Shown here one piece after another: positions 51,042-63,584 of a stretch of 64,000 nt of DNA. Location: the NCBI GenBank assembly GCA_965225945.1, contig CBDDBZ010000022.1, positions 1 through 64,000 on the forward strand, given 5' to 3'. The notes under the pieces are model-generated. The model had not been told where the DNA came from. It did no database searches and was given only the letters and a program-made list of their open reading frames with translations. Position 1 is the stretch's first letter. Each line of letters opens with the position of its first letter. The position numbers and the translations under genes are program-made. Source of the stretch: Alphaproteobacteria bacterium (GTDB lineage Bacteria; Pseudomonadota; Alphaproteobacteria; GCA-2731375).

Positions 51042-51393
51042 GCTTCCCCCCCCCCCCCCGGGTTTTCGGCCTCGAATCGGCCGCCCCACCCGGCCGATTC
51101 GCCTCGCCCGACTATAGGCGCTCCGAAGCCCTTCCCGCTAGCGCAATATCGGCACGAATCGAACCGGTGCGGTGCCATCCGTTTGGATGAAATTGCTCTA
51201 TTTCCCAAGAGGGTAGAGCAGCTTTAGCCGCCAATTGGATCGCCGGAAGCAATTTCCTGTTGGACGGATGCTGCTCTCGCCGGCAATACCTGCTATTCAA
51301 GGGTCGGACGCGCAAGCATCGGGGCGGCGCGCTCGATCGCTATCCACACGAGTTGCCCGTCGTCGGCGACGGCCCCATGGTGACACGGTAAGC

Positions 51394-54372
51394 ATGCATA
51401 AGGCCATATCCGTTCGCGGCGCACGCGAGCACAATCTGAAGAACATCGACGTCGACATCCCGCGCGACAGGCTGGTGGTGATCACCGGGCTTTCGGGCAG
51501 CGGCAAGTCCTCCCTCGCCTTCGACACGATCTATGCCGAGGGCCAGCGGCGCTATGTGGAAAGCTTGTCCGCCTACGCGCGCCAGTTCCTGGAGCTGATG
51601 CAGAAGCCGGACGTCGATCATATCGAGGGCCTGTCGCCGGCGATCTCGATCGAGCAGAAGACCACCTCGCGCAACCCCCGCTCCACCGTCGGCACGGTGA
51701 CCGAGGTCTACGACTACATGCGCCTGCTCTGGGCCCGGGTCGGCGTGCCTTATTCGCCGGCGACGGGCCTGCCAATCGAGAGCCAGACGGTGAGCCAGAT
51801 GGTCGACCGGGTGATGGCGATGGCGGAAGGCACCCGGCTCTACCTGCTGGCGCCGATGGTGCGCGGGCGTAAGGGGGAATACCGCAAGGAGCTGGCCGAG
51901 CTGATGAAGCGTGGCTTCCAGCGGGTCAAGATCGACGGCGCCTTCCACCTGATCGAGGAGGCGCCGGGGCTCGACAAGAAGCGCAAGCACGAGATCGATG
52001 TGGTGGTCGACCGGGTGGTGCTGCGGCCGGACCTGGAGGCGCGCCTCGCCGACAGCCTGGAGACGGCGCTGGGGCTGGCTGACGGCATCGCCGTCGCGGA
52101 GGACGCGAACACCGGCGAGCGGACCATCTTCTCCGCCCGCTTCGCCTGTCCCGTCTCCGGCTTCACCATCGACGAGATCGAGCCCCGCCTGTTCTCCTTC
52201 AACAACCCCTTCGGCGCCTGTTCGGCCTGCGACGGACTCGGCCGGGAGCTTTTTTTCGACGCCGACCTGGTGGTGCCGGACCCGGAAAAGACGCTCCGCA
52301 AGGGGGCGATCGCGCCTTGGGCCAAATCGACCTCGCCCTATTACCTACAGACCCTGGACAGTCTGGCGCGGCACTACGGCGTCTCGATGACGGAATCGTG
52401 GCGCGAGCTGCCGGAGGCGGTGCGCCACGCCATCCTCTTCGGCTCGGCCGACGAGCCGGTGGAAATGCGCTACGACGACGGGCTTCGTGCCTACAAGACC
52501 AAGCGGCCGTTCGAAGGGGTGATCCCGAACCTGCAACGGCGCTGGCAGGAGACCGATTCCGCCTGGTTGCGCGAGGAGATGGAGCGCTTCCAGGGGGTGA
52601 CCGCGTGCAGCGCCTGCGGCGGCAGCCGGCTGAAGCCGGAGGCCCTGGCGGTCAAGCTCGACGGCCGCCACATCGGCGAGGTCTCCACACTCTCGATCCT
52701 GGCGGCGCGAGACTGGTTCGCCGGGCTCGACGCCAAGCTCGACGCCAAGCGCTCGGAGATCGCCAGCCGCGTCCTGAAGGAGATCAACGATCGCCTCGGC
52801 TTCCTGGTCAACGTCGGACTGGAGTATCTGACCCTATCGCGCCATTCCGGCAGCCTCTCGGGCGGCGAGAGCCAGCGGATCCGGCTCGCCTCGCAGATCG
52901 GCTCGGGCCTGTCGGGCGTGCTCTACGTGCTGGACGAGCCCTCGATCGGCTTGCATCAGCGCGACAACGCGCGGCTGCTGCAGACCCTGGTCGAGCTGCG
53001 TGATCTCGGCAATACCGTGGTCGTGGTGGAGCACGACGAGGAGGCGATCCGCGCCGCCGACCATGTCGTCGACATGGGTCCCAGGGCCGGCCGGCACGGC
53101 GGCGAGGTGGTGGCGGTGGGCACGGCGAAGGCGATCATGGCGGTGCCCGAGAGCCTGACCGGCCAGTATCTCGTCGGCCTGCAGCAGATCCCCGTGCCGA
53201 AGAGGCGGCGCAAGGGCCATCCCAGGCAGAAACTCACCATTCGGGGGGCGAGGGCCAACAACCTCGCCGACCTCACCGCGACGCTGCCGCTCGGCACCTT
53301 CGTCTGCGTCACCGGGGTCTCGGGCAGCGGCAAGTCGACGCTGATCATCGAGACCCTCTATAAGGCCCTGGCGCGGTTCCTGAACGGCGCCCGCGACGCG
53401 CCCGGCACCTTCGATGCCATCGAGGGCCTGCATTACCTCGACAAGGTGATCGACATCGACCAATCGCCGATCGGCCGCACGCCGCGCTCCAACCCCGCGA
53501 CCTACACCGGCGCCTTCACGCCGATCCGCGAGTGGTTCGCCGGGCTGCCGGAAAGCACGCTCAGGGGCTACAAGCCGGGGCGCTTCTCCTTCAATGTCAA
53601 GGGCGGCCGCTGCGAGGCCTGTCAGGGCGACGGGCTGATCAAGATCGAGATGCATTTCCTGCCCGACGTCTATGTCACCTGCGATGTGTGCATGGGCCGG
53701 CGATACAATCGCGAAACCTTGGAAATTACCTTTCGTAACAAATCGATAGCCGACGTTCTTGATATGACGGTGGATGAAGGAGCGGAGTTTTTCCAGGCCG
53801 TGCCGCTGATCCGCGACAAGCTGGTGATGCTGCAACGGGTCGGCCTCGGCTACATCCATGTCGGGCAGCAGGCGACGACGCTCTCGGGCGGCGAGGCGCA
53901 ACGGGTGAAGCTTTCCAAGGAGCTGTCCAAGCGGGCCACGGGCCGCACGCTCTATATTCTGGACGAACCCACCACGGGCCTGCATTTCGACGACGTGCGC
54001 AAGCTGCTCGAGGTCTTGCAAGCACTGGTGGAGACCGGCAACACGGTGGTGGTGATCGAGCATAATCTGGAGGTGATCAAGACCGCCGACTGGATCCTCG
54101 ACCTCGGGCCCGAGGGCGGCGACGGCGGCGGCCGGATCGTCGCCGAGGGGACGCCCGAGGCGGTCGCCAAAAGCGCCGAGAGCCACACCGGATCCTATCT
54201 CGCCGAATATCTCGGCGTGCGGCGCAAGCGCGGCCGGGCGGCGGCCCGGGCGAAGACGCCGAAGCGGGCCAACGGTGCCGCGCCGAAGAAGCCACGCAAG
54301 CCCCACAAGAGCCGCGCCGCGCCGCGCCGGGGCGAGGTGCGGCCCGAGGCGTCGGGCCAGGGCGGTGCGTGA
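51394..54372 (+). CDS. uvrA: Excinuclease ABC subunit A
   Basis: GAREHNLKN, two Walker A motifs ([16 protein letters not shown]), two LSGGE, Zn fingers; Lys/Arg-rich C-terminal extension. Confidence 0.98.
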   Translation: MHKAISVRGAREHNLKNIDVDIPRDRLVVITGLSGSGKSSLAFDTIYAEGQRRYVESLSAYARQFLELMQKPDVDHIEGLSPAISIEQKTTSRNPRSTVGTVTEVYDYMRLLWARVGVPYSPATGLPIESQTVSQMVDRVMAMAEGTRLYLLAPMVRGRKGEYRKELAELMKRGFQRVKIDGAFHLIEEAPGLDKKRKHEIDVVVDRVVLRPDLEARLADSLETALGLADGIAVAEDANTGERTIFSARFACPVSGFTIDEIEPRLFSFNNPFGACSACDGLGRELFFDADLVVPDPEKTLRKGAIAPWAKSTSPYYLQTLDSLARHYGVSMTESWRELPEAVRHAILFGSADEPVEMRYDDGLRAYKTKRPFEGVIPNLQRRWQETDSAWLREEMERFQGVTACSACGGSRLKPEALAVKLDGRHIGEVSTLSILAARDWFAGLDAKLDAKRSEIASRVLKEINDRLGFLVNVGLEYLTLSRHSGSLSGGESQRIRLASQIGSGLSGVLYVLDEPSIGLHQRDNARLLQTLVELRDLGNTVVVVEHDEEAIRAADHVVDMGPRAGRHGGEVVAVGTAKAIMAVPESLTGQYLVGLQQIPVPKRRRKGHPRQKLTIRGARANNLADLTATLPLGTFVCVTGVSGSGKSTLIIETLYKALARFLNGARDAPGTFDAIEGLHYLDKVIDIDQSPIGRTPRSNPATYTGAFTPIREWFAGLPESTLRGYKPGRFSFNVKGGRCEACQGDGLIKIEMHFLPDVYVTCDVCMGRRYNRETLEITFRNKSIADVLDMTVDEGAEFFQAVPLIRDKLVMLQRVGLGYIHVGQQATTLSGGEAQRVKLSKELSKRATGRTLYILDEPTTGLHFDDVRKLLEVLQALVETGNTVVVIEHNLEVIKTADWILDLGPEGGDGGGRIVAEGTPEAVAKSAESHTGSYLAEYLGVRRKRGRAAARAKTPKRANGAAPKKPRKPHKSRAAPRRGEVRPEASGQGGA

Positions 54373-54391
54373 CCACCGACGGACCAGGCGG

Positions 54392-54888
54392 ATGAGCGAG
54401 ATCGACGCCAAGCAACTGCAGTTCACGATCAATTTCCTCGCCGCCGAGGATCGCCTGCTGTTGCGCGGAAGCTTCCCCGACGGCACCGAGATCCAGCTGC
54501 TGCTGACCCGCCGCTTGACCCGCGGCATGTTGCAACTGGTGGACCAGGTCTCGACCCGCATCGTGCGCGGCGACATCCCCGATCCCGCGAAGCGGCGGTC
54601 CAGCAGGCCGACTTCAGCCAGACCTATCGGACCGGCGAGGTGCATCCCTCGATGGCGGAAGGTCCGAAGCTGGTCACCGGCCTTTCGATCACGCCCAAGG
54701 CGGGGGACCGCTTAGCGCTCGCCTTCACCCTCGACAAGGGCGAGAAACTGGCCTTCACCCTCGGCAACGACCATGTCTGGGGCCTCATAGACCTGGTCGC
54801 CCGGCAGGCCGCCGCCGCCGAATGGGACTTGCCCGCGCCGACCAACGCCACGACCGCGACCAAGGCCCCCGCGGGCCCGGTGAACTGA
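54392..54888 (+). pseudogene. Hypothetical protein, frameshifted near 54595
   Basis: EDRLLL..LLLTRRL N-terminal half; QQADFSQTY...AEWDLP continues in another frame. Confidence 0.6.
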
Positions 54889-54939
54889 CGCGCGGCCGCC
54901 TCTCCGCTTGTAGAGCATGATCCGACCATATGGAGACGT

Positions 54940-55749
<810 letters not shown>

Positions 55750-56128
55750 GAAGCTGAATTGGAAAGTCGCCGAAGCCGGCGGGCGCCGGGCGGGTCGGCG
55801 AAGGCTCGGCGCCCGGCCTCGCGGCGAATGGGTACTCTCAAGCGGCCTCGATGGCTACCTGGCCGTACTATTATACCGGGCGCTGCAGCTTTATGATTAC
55901 AACAATTACTACCGTTTGAGGTCAGCCGCGCGCCGACGGTGCGATCAATGTCGGGATGACGACCATGTCGCCTTCTTCCGTCTACCCGAATATTGGGTAT
56001 AAGACGCCGTGTAATTCCCGCATTCTACCGGCCTTGCCTCGCCGATTTCGGCTCTCTCGCTCGATCGCCGTATTTGCTCGATCGCGGGAGCGCGCCGCCC
56101 CTCAACCCGCGAGGTACAAGATAGTTAA

Positions 56129-57589
56129 CAGCCCGTTGATTAAGTGGCTTTTTCCGGCTCTCACTCCCAGATGAGGAATGCGGCGGCGAAAACCGTCTGG
56201 CCGCTTTGCGAGACCCCCAGTGCGACCAGCATGGCCCCGGTGGGCGTGAGCAGCACGAAAATACCGCCATATCCGCCCGCCACGGCCTCGCGCGGGGTGC
56301 CGGCGCCGATGAGTTGGCGCATCAGCAACGATAGGTTGTGGCCGGCGACGTGGAGCAGGTATCGCTTGTGCACGTTCTCGCGGCCCCGAAGCCAGGTCCG
56401 GCGCATGCCGCCGCGATCGAGGTTGTGGGCGAAGGAGCGCTCGACGATCTCGGCGCGCAGCTTGAAGGCTTCCTTGGCCACCCCCGATAACAGCCGGGTC
56501 CGGTTGTTGGTGACCGCGCGCCGCGCCGCCTCGTCGCCGCGCCAGCGCGCGAAGCCCTTCTGCTTGGGCTCGGCGATCCGGGTCTTCCACGGGCCGTTGT
56601 CCAAGGCCTTCAAGACCGCCCGTGAGTGATAGCCTTTGTCGGTCACACATTCGGCCGGGTCCTCTGCCGTCGGCGCCGCGTCAACGCTCGCAAGGTTCTC
56701 CTTGGCCGTCTCCAACGTTTTGGGAAGCGTCGTCGTGTCGCCCTCGTCGGCCGGGTGCAGCTCGGCGGCCACCACCGCGCCGGTGTCCAGATCCACCGCG
56801 TGCTCGGGCTTGTAGGCCAGATGCGTCGTGCCGTCCTTCATCTTGGCGATCTTGGCCTCGGGGTCGCTCTTCGAAACCCAGTCCTCGTTGGAAAGCTTCT
56901 TGCCCTTGCGCTTGCGGTCCAGACGCGCCAGGTCCTCGGCCGTGGGCGTCTCGATGCCGCTCTCCCGGGCCAGGTGCTCCAGCATCTCCCGGTAGCCTTC
57001 ACCCGTGTCGCGCCGCACGATGTTGCGCAGCGCCGCGTTGGCCTCCATGGTCGAGGCATCCACCCCGATGCGCTCGCCCTTCACCAGACCCGCCTCGCCG
57101 ATCAAGGCCAGAACCCAGTCGAAGACCGCCGCGTGGACTTCATGGGGCAGGCGCGCGCGGGTCTTCGACAGCCAGGAATGGTCCGGCACCCGCTCACGGC
57201 TCCCCAGTCGCAGGAACTCCCGCAGCGACAGGGAATCCGAGCAACGCCACTCCAGACCGCGCTCTGAGTCGATGCCCTCGAAGTAGCCCACCAGGTGCAT
57301 GCGGAAATAGCGCCCGGGCGGCACCGAGGGCGCGCCCATCCTGGCCGCGTAATAGGGCCGGCAGCTCGCCTCGGCAAAGGCGTCGAAGCCGCCCTCGATC
57401 AGCACCGACTGCAGGCGGTCGTAAAACACATGACCCGGCGAGCGCGGCATCTCCGCCCAGCCCACCATCAAGTCCCCCTGACGATCCTTCTGCTGTCCCA
57501 TCGCCATCGGCGAATCCTCCGGTCAAATCAGAACATCAAAGAATCAGACCAGGCCGCTTGCGTCCAGTGCCGACTTCGTCAACGGGCTG
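56129..57589 (-). mobile_element. IS1182/IS5-like insertion sequence
   Basis: TIRs CAGCCCGTTGA / TCAACGGGCTG; TTAA duplicated. Confidence 0.9.
56161..57507 (-). CDS. IS1182-like transposase
   Basis: GAPSVPP, DSERGLEWR, PDHSWLS, VDASTMEANA, TDKGY, VERSFAH. Confidence 0.9.
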   Translation of the reverse strand: MAMGQQKDRQGDLMVGWAEMPRSPGHVFYDRLQSVLIEGGFDAFAEASCRPYYAARMGAPSVPPGRYFRMHLVGYFEGIDSERGLEWRCSDSLSLREFLRLGSRERVPDHSWLSKTRARLPHEVHAAVFDWVLALIGEAGLVKGERIGVDASTMEANAALRNIVRRDTGEGYREMLEHLARESGIETPTAEDLARLDRKRKGKKLSNEDWVSKSDPEAKIAKMKDGTTHLAYKPEHAVDLDTGAVVAAELHPADEGDTTTLPKTLETAKENLASVDAAPTAEDPAECVTDKGYHSRAVLKALDNGPWKTRIAEPKQKGFARWRGDEAARRAVTNNRTRLLSGVAKEAFKLRAEIVERSFAHNLDRGGMRRTWLRGRENVHKRYLLHVAGHNLSLLMRQLIGAGTPREAVAGGYGGIFVLLTPTGAMLVALGVSQSGQTVFAAAFLIWE

Positions 57590-57886
57590 TTAACGCCAGC
57601 ACCCAAATGCTCATGCCGGTGAGCAAGTAGGTAAACGTGACTCTCCACCTGAGCGTCTGCATGGTATATTCCCCTCTCTTGTCGCTTGTTCCCCAGCGCG
57701 TCGCCGCTTCGCCTTTTCATAAAACTTTAGGCTAATTTCCGGTTTTGCAAGTGACCACCATCACCTCGGCGTAAATAAATCCGCCGTGACACGAAAATCG
57801 GCTCCGGGGAGACGCCGCCACCGCACCGGCCAGCCGAGCGCTACGGCCCGGAATATCGGGACCAAGGTCAAGACGGCGGACGCCCT

Positions 57887-58366
57887 TCAGCCGTCGTCCT
57901 CGAGATGTCCGAGATGGTCCAGAACGCCCTGCAGAATGTAGGCGGCGGCGAGCTTGTCGACCAGCTCCGCGCGGCGCTTGCGGGTCGTGTCCAACTCTTC
58001 GATCAGCATCCTCTCGACCGCCCGGGTGGACAGCCGCTCGTCCCAGAAGACGATCGGAATATCACGCAATTCCAAAAGGTTGCGGGCGAATTGTCGTGTC
58101 GCCTGGCAACGCGGACCCTCGCTGCCGTCCATGTTGACAGGCCAGCCGAGGACTAGGCCGGCGACGCCGCGATGGTTGATGATTTCCAGCAGCCGGGGGC
58201 CAAGCTCGCGGAAGCGTCCCCGCGCCAAGGTTTCGAGCGGCGAGGCGACGCGCCGGTCTGGGTCCGAAATCGCGACGCCGACGGTCTTCGAGCCGAGATC
58301 GAGGCCGAGCAGGCGGGTTCCCTCGCCCAATGCGCCGAGCAGGTCCCGAGGCTTGTCTAACAGCAT
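57887..58366 (-). CDS. ruvX: Holliday junction resolvase-like RuvX/YqgF
   Basis: [34 protein letters not shown]. Confidence 0.95.
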   Translation of the reverse strand: MLLDKPRDLLGALGEGTRLLGLDLGSKTVGVAISDPDRRVASPLETLARGRFRELGPRLLEIINHRGVAGLVLGWPVNMDGSEGPRCQATRQFARNLLELRDIPIVFWDERLSTRAVERMLIEELDTTRKRRAELVDKLAAAYILQGVLDHLGHLEDDG

Positions 58367-58492
58367 CGCCGATGATAGGTTCCGCGCGCTTTTTCGCCTG
58401 CCGCGCCGGCCCTCCCCGAGCGCTCGCGATCGGCCCCGGGCCACCGGCGAATTGCGCGAATCCCGCTTTGCATGACGCAGGGAACGTCGCAC

Positions 58493-58780
58493 ATGTCGGT
58501 CGACAAGGCCACCGTTCGCCGCATCGCGCATCTGGCCCGCATCGGCGTCGCCGAGGACGAGCTGGAAGCTCTCGCGAGCGAGCTGTCGAAGATCCTCGCC
58601 TGGATCGAGCAGCTGCACGAGGTCGACACCGAGAACGTGGCGCCCCTGGCGAGCGTCAACCAGGGCGCGCTTCGCCCGCGCGACGACGTGGTGAACGACG
58701 GCGGGCGGCCGGGCGACGTGCTGGGAGGCGCGCCGGACCGCCACGACGACTTCTTCGCCGTGCCGAAGGTGGTGGAATGA
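58493..58780 (+). CDS. gatC: Asp/Glu-tRNA amidotransferase subunit C
   Basis: [17 protein letters not shown]...FFAVPKVVE. Confidence 0.96.
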   Translation: MSVDKATVRRIAHLARIGVAEDELEALASELSKILAWIEQLHEVDTENVAPLASVNQGALRPRDDVVNDGGRPGDVLGGAPDRHDDFFAVPKVVE

Positions 58781-60267
58781 GCCCGCGCGAGCTTGGCCGG
58801 CTCTCCATCGCCGAGGCCCGCCGCCTGCTCGAGCGGCGGGAGATTTCGTCGCGCGAGCTCACGAAAGCTTGCCTCGGGGGAATCGAGAGGGCGCACGCGC
58901 TGAACGCCTTCACCACCCCGACGCCAGAGGTCGCGCTGGACATGGCGGCGGCGGCGGACGCCCGCATGGCCCGGGGCGAGGGCGGATCGCTGGAAGGCAT
59001 CCCGCTCGCGATCAAGGACCTCTTCTGTACCCGGGGTATCGAGACGACGACGGCGAGCCGCATCCTCAGGGGCTTCCGGCCGAGCTATGAAAGCACGGTC
59101 ACCGCCAAGCTCTTCGCCGAGGGCGCGGTGATGCTCGGCAAGACCAACATGGACGAGTTCGCCATGGGCTCCTCCAGCGAAAACAGCGACTTCGGCCCCG
59201 TGGTCAATCCGTGGCGCCGCGCCGGCGACGACCGCCCGCTCTCGCCCGGCGGTTCCTCCGGCGGCTCGGCTGCGGCCGTCGCCGCTGGCCTCGCCCTCGG
59301 CGCGATCGGGACCGACACCGGCGGCTCGATCCGCCAGCCGGCCTCGCTGACCGGCGTGGTCGGCTGCAAGCCGACCTACGGGCGCTGCTCGCGCTGGGGG
59401 GTCGTCGCCTTCTCCTCCTCTCTCGACCATCCGGGACCGCTGGCCCGCAGCGTCGTCGACGCGGCGATCATGCTCAGGGCGATGGCCGGTCACGATCCCC
59501 GCGATGCGACCTCGGCCGATCTGCCGGTGCCCGATTTCGCCGCCGCCATCGGCGGCGATCTCGCGGGGCTGAAGATCGGCATTCCGCGGGAATATCGGGT
59601 CGACGGCATGGCCGACGCGGTGGAGGATCTCTGGAGCCGAGGGCGCGCGTGGTTGAGCGAGGCCGGCGCCGAGATCGTCGATATCTCCTTGCCGCACACG
59701 AAATATGCGCTGCCGACCTATTACATCGTGGCGCCGGCCGAGGCCTCGTCCAACCTCGCGCGTTACGACGGCGTGCGCTTCGGTCTCAGGGTCGAGGGCG
59801 ACGACATCGACGCCATGTATGAAGCGACGCGAGCCGCCGGCTTCGGTGCCGAGGTCCGCCGTCGGGTGCTGATCGGCACCTATGTGCTCTCGGCCGGCTA
59901 CTACGACGCCTACTACCTGAAGGCACAGCGGGTCCGCCGCCTGATCCGGGATGAATTCGAGCAGGTCTTTCGGAACGTCGACGCCATCCTGACGCCAACC
60001 ACGCCGGAGGCCGCCTTCGCCATCGGCGAGAAGACGGACGATCCGATCGCCATGTACCTGAACGACGTATTCACCGTGCCGGGCGATCTTTCGGGCATTC
60101 CCGGCATTTCCGTGCCTGCGGGGCGCGACGCCGACGGCCTGCCGCTTGGCTTGCAGGTGATGACGCGGTCCTTCGACGAGGCGACGATGTTTCGGGCCGC
60201 GGCCGTGATCGAGGCGGCGGCGGGCTTCGAGGCGGCGCCCGAACCGTGGTGGCGGAGCGCGCCATGA
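58777..60267 (+). CDS. gatA: Asp/Glu-tRNA amidotransferase subunit A
   Basis: [39 protein letters not shown]. Confidence 0.97.
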   Translation: MSPRELGRLSIAEARRLLERREISSRELTKACLGGIERAHALNAFTTPTPEVALDMAAAADARMARGEGGSLEGIPLAIKDLFCTRGIETTTASRILRGFRPSYESTVTAKLFAEGAVMLGKTNMDEFAMGSSSENSDFGPVVNPWRRAGDDRPLSPGGSSGGSAAAVAAGLALGAIGTDTGGSIRQPASLTGVVGCKPTYGRCSRWGVVAFSSSLDHPGPLARSVVDAAIMLRAMAGHDPRDATSADLPVPDFAAAIGGDLAGLKIGIPREYRVDGMADAVEDLWSRGRAWLSEAGAEIVDISLPHTKYALPTYYIVAPAEASSNLARYDGVRFGLRVEGDDIDAMYEATRAAGFGAEVRRRVLIGTYVLSAGYYDAYYLKAQRVRRLIRDEFEQVFRNVDAILTPTTPEAAFAIGEKTDDPIAMYLNDVFTVPGDLSGIPGISVPAGRDADGLPLGLQVMTRSFDEATMFRAAAVIEAAAGFEAAPEPWWRSAP

Positions 60268-61733
60268 GCGAGACCAACCCCGATCTGGTCGCCGGCGCGA
60301 GCGGTGCCTGGGAGCTCGTCATCGGCTTGGAGATCCATGCCCAGGTGGCGTCGCGATCGAAGCTCTTTTCCGGTGCCGACACGGCCTTCGGCGCGGCCCC
60401 CAACAGCCAGGTCAGCCTGGTCGACGCGGCGATGCCGGGCATGCTGCCGGTGATCAACCGGATCTGCGTCGAGGCGGCGGTGCGCACCGGGCTCGGGCTC
60501 GGGGCCGAGATCAACCGGGTCTCGATCTTCGATCGCAAAAACTATTTCTATCCCGACCTTCCCGCCGGCTATCAAATCTCGCAGTACAAGAACCCGATCG
60601 TCGGCGAGGGCGTGATCCGGGTCGATCTCGCCGACGGCCGCGTCCGCGAAGTCGGGATCGAGCGGCTGCATCTGGAGCAGGACGCGGGCAAGAGCCTGCA
60701 CGACCAGCACCCGAAGCTGACCTATGTCGACCTCAACCGCGCCGGCGTCGCGCTGATGGAGATCGTCTCCAAGCCGGACATGCGCTCGCCCGAGGAGGCG
60801 GGCGCCTACTTGCGCAAGGTCCGCGCCATCCTGCGTTATCTCGGCACCTGCGACGGCAACATGCAGGAAGGCTCGATGCGGGCCGACGTCAACGTCTCGG
60901 TGCGCCGTCCCGGCGCCGCGCTCGGCACCCGGACCGAGACCAAGAACCTGAACTCCATCCGCTTCGTGCAAGCAGCGATCGCGTTCGAATGCCGGCGCCA
61001 GATCGAACTCGTCGAGGCCGGCGGCGAGGTGGTCCAGGAGACCCGCCTGTTCGACACCGAACGCGGCGTCACCCGGGTGATGCGGAGCAAGGAGGAGGCA
61101 CACGACTATCGCTATTTCCCCGATCCCGACCTGCCGCCGCTGGTGCTGGACGAGGCGATGATCGAGCGTATTCGGGCCGAGCTGCCGGAACTGCCCGATG
61201 CCAAGCGGGCCCGCTACGTCGCCGCTCTCGGCCTCTCCGACGACGACGCGGGCGTGCTGGTCGCGGAGCAGGAGACCGCCGCGTTCTTCGAGGCCGTGGC
61301 GGCGGGCCGTGAAGCGAAGACGGTGGCCAACTGGGTGATGGGGGACTTCTTCGCCCAGTTGAACCGGGCCGGCCTGGAGGTGGCGGAAAGCCCGGTTTCC
61401 GCCGCGCAATTGGGGGCTCTGCTGGACCTCGTGGCGGCCGGCACGATTTCCGGCCGGATCGCCAAGCAGGTCTTCGAGACCATGTTCAAATCCGGCGAGG
61501 ACGCCGCCCACATCGTCGCGCGCGACGGCCTGCGCCAGGTCTCCGACACAGGCGCGATCGAGGCGATGATCGACCAAGTGATCGCCGACAATCCCGAGCA
61601 CGCGGCCGAGGTCCGGGGCGGCAAGGACAAGCTGGTCGGCTGGTTCGTCGGCCAGGTGATGACCGCGAGCGGGGGCAAGGCCAATCCCCAGCTGGTAAAC
61701 CAGATGCTCAAAGACAAACTGATGTCGAGTTGA
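60264..61733 (+). CDS. gatB: Asp/Glu-tRNA amidotransferase subunit B
   Basis: [39 protein letters not shown]. Confidence 0.97.
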   Translation: MSETNPDLVAGASGAWELVIGLEIHAQVASRSKLFSGADTAFGAAPNSQVSLVDAAMPGMLPVINRICVEAAVRTGLGLGAEINRVSIFDRKNYFYPDLPAGYQISQYKNPIVGEGVIRVDLADGRVREVGIERLHLEQDAGKSLHDQHPKLTYVDLNRAGVALMEIVSKPDMRSPEEAGAYLRKVRAILRYLGTCDGNMQEGSMRADVNVSVRRPGAALGTRTETKNLNSIRFVQAAIAFECRRQIELVEAGGEVVQETRLFDTERGVTRVMRSKEEAHDYRYFPDPDLPPLVLDEAMIERIRAELPELPDAKRARYVAALGLSDDDAGVLVAEQETAAFFEAVAAGREAKTVANWVMGDFFAQLNRAGLEVAESPVSAAQLGALLDLVAAGTISGRIAKQVFETMFKSGEDAAHIVARDGLRQVSDTGAIEAMIDQVIADNPEHAAEVRGGKDKLVGWFVGQVMTASGGKANPQLVNQMLKDKLMSS

Positions 61734-61738
61734 CGGCG

Positions 61739-62911
61739 ATGGTGGACGACACGGAATCCGGCGAGGGCTGGAAACCCAGGACCCGGGCGGCCCAAGCCCT
61801 CGGCTGGATCGATTCCCGGACCCGCGCCGTCGCGCCGCCGCTCCACCTCTCCACGAACTTCATCCGCGATCCCGACAACCGGTATCGCGCCGGCTACGGC
61901 TACGCCCGCGACGAGAACCCGAGCTATGACCAGGCCGAGGCGCTGCTGGCCGAGCTCGAAGGCGGCGCCGGGGCCAAGCTCTTCGCCTCCGGCATGGCGG
62001 CGGCGACGGCGGTGTTTCAGACGCTCAGGCCGGGCGATCACGTCATCGCGCAGGAGGTGATTTATTGGGGACTCAGGCGCTGGTTGGCCGAGCATGCGAC
62101 GGCCTGGGGTCTCGACGTCGAGTTCGTGCCGACTTGGGACACAGGCGCGCTCGCCCGCGCGGTGCGCCCGGGCGCGACCCGCCTGGTCTGGATCGAGACC
62201 CCGGCCAACCCGATGTGGCACATCGTCGATATCGAGGCGGCGGGGAAGATCGCCCATGGCGCCGGCGCCCGCCTCGCCGTCGACGGCACGGTGGCGACGC
62301 CGGTGCTGAGCCGGCCGCTGGCGCTCGGCGCCGACCTCGTGATGCACTCGGCGAGCAAGTATCTGAACGGCCACGGCGACATCATCGGCGGCGCGCTGGT
62401 CACGGCGCGGGCCGACGCGGCCTGGGAGGCGATCGCCCGCCAGCGCCACGACGCGGGCGCGATCCTGGGGCCGTTCGAGGCCTGGCTGCTGCTGCGCGGC
62501 ATGCGGACGCTGCATTTGCGGGTGTGGGCGAGTTCCGAGGGTGCGTTGAGGCTGGCGCGCCATTTCCAGGGCCACGAGGCAATCGCCGAGGTGCTCTATC
62601 CCGGCCTCCAGGGCCATCGCGGCCACGAGATCGCCGCACGCCAGATGTCCGGCGGCTTCGGCGGCATGCTATCGCTGCGCCTCGCCGGCGGCGAAGCGGC
62701 GGCGATCGCCACGGCGGCCGGGGTGAAACTCTGGAAGCGGGCGACCTCGCTCGGCGGGGTCGAGAGCCTGATCGAGCATCGCGCCTCGATCGAGGGAACG
62801 CAGACGCCGGTGCCGGGAGACCTGCTCCGGCTCTCCGTCGGCATCGAGGACCCGGGCGACCTCATCGCCGACCTGGAAGCCGCCTTGGCCTCCGCCGCCG
62901 TGGCGAGCTAG
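61739..62911 (+). CDS. Cys/Met-metabolism PLP enzyme (cystathionine gamma-synthase/lyase family)
   Basis: FASGMAA, WIETPANP, HSASKYLNGHGD, SLGGVESL, LRLSVGIE. Confidence 0.9.
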   Translation: MVDDTESGEGWKPRTRAAQALGWIDSRTRAVAPPLHLSTNFIRDPDNRYRAGYGYARDENPSYDQAEALLAELEGGAGAKLFASGMAAATAVFQTLRPGDHVIAQEVIYWGLRRWLAEHATAWGLDVEFVPTWDTGALARAVRPGATRLVWIETPANPMWHIVDIEAAGKIAHGAGARLAVDGTVATPVLSRPLALGADLVMHSASKYLNGHGDIIGGALVTARADAAWEAIARQRHDAGAILGPFEAWLLLRGMRTLHLRVWASSEGALRLARHFQGHEAIAEVLYPGLQGHRGHEIAARQMSGGFGGMLSLRLAGGEAAAIATAAGVKLWKRATSLGGVESLIEHRASIEGTQTPVPGDLLRLSVGIEDPGDLIADLEAALASAAVAS

Positions 62912-62961
62912 AATCGCGCCTGCTGGCGCCCTCCCCTCACCGCCCAAGGAGTCTCACCTCG

Positions 62962-63579
62962 ATGATCGATCTCTACACCTGGAAGACCTCGAACGGTCGC
63001 AAGGCGACCATCATGCTCGAGGAATGCGGCCTTGCCTATAACCTGCATCCCATCAACATCGGCCAGGGCGATCAGTTCACGCCCGAGTTCATCGCCATCA
63101 ATCCCAACAGCAAGATCCCGGCGATGATCGACGACGAGGGGCCGAACGGCGAGCCCTACACGATGATCGAATCCGGCGCGATGCTGATGTACTTGGCGGA
63201 GAAGACCGGCAAGTTCATGCCCTCCGAGATGGCGGCCCGCTACGAGGTCATCCAGTGGCTGATGTTCCAGATGGGCGGCATCGGCCCGATCTTCGGCCAG
63301 GTGCACCACTTCAAGCGGGCGGCGAGCGAAGAGGTGCCCTACGCCATCGACCGCTACTTCACCGAATGCAAGCGGCTCTACGGCGTGCTGAACGGCCGTC
63401 TCGACGGCCGCGAGTATCTGGCCGGCGAGATCTCGATCGCCGACTTCGCGACGCTGCCTTGGGTCTTCCGCCACGATTGGCAGGAGGTCGAGCTGAGCGA
63501 GTTCCCCAACGTCGCGCGCTGGTACCACACGCTGATGGCGCGCCCGGCGCTGGCCCGGGGCATGGAGCTGCCGGAATAG
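62962..63579 (+). CDS. Glutathione S-transferase family protein (YfcG-like)
   Basis: MIDLYTWKTSNG, NPNSKIP, ESGA, WLMFQMGGIGP, SIADFA. Confidence 0.92.
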   Translation: MIDLYTWKTSNGRKATIMLEECGLAYNLHPINIGQGDQFTPEFIAINPNSKIPAMIDDEGPNGEPYTMIESGAMLMYLAEKTGKFMPSEMAARYEVIQWLMFQMGGIGPIFGQVHHFKRAASEEVPYAIDRYFTECKRLYGVLNGRLDGREYLAGEISIADFATLPWVFRHDWQEVELSEFPNVARWYHTLMARPALARGMELPE

Positions 63580-63584
63580 AGCCG

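Larger units (their letters stand above)
56102..57662 (-). pseudogene. 31-aa hydrophobic peptide gene split by IS1182
   Basis: RBS GAGAGGGG; joined ORF MQTLRWRVTFTYLLTGMSIWVLALTILYLAG*. Confidence 0.5.

Noticed and set aside
51061-51393. Alphaproteobacterial LexA box (GTTC-N7-GTTC) between ssb and uvrA
   Set aside because: I could not find a convincing match by eye.
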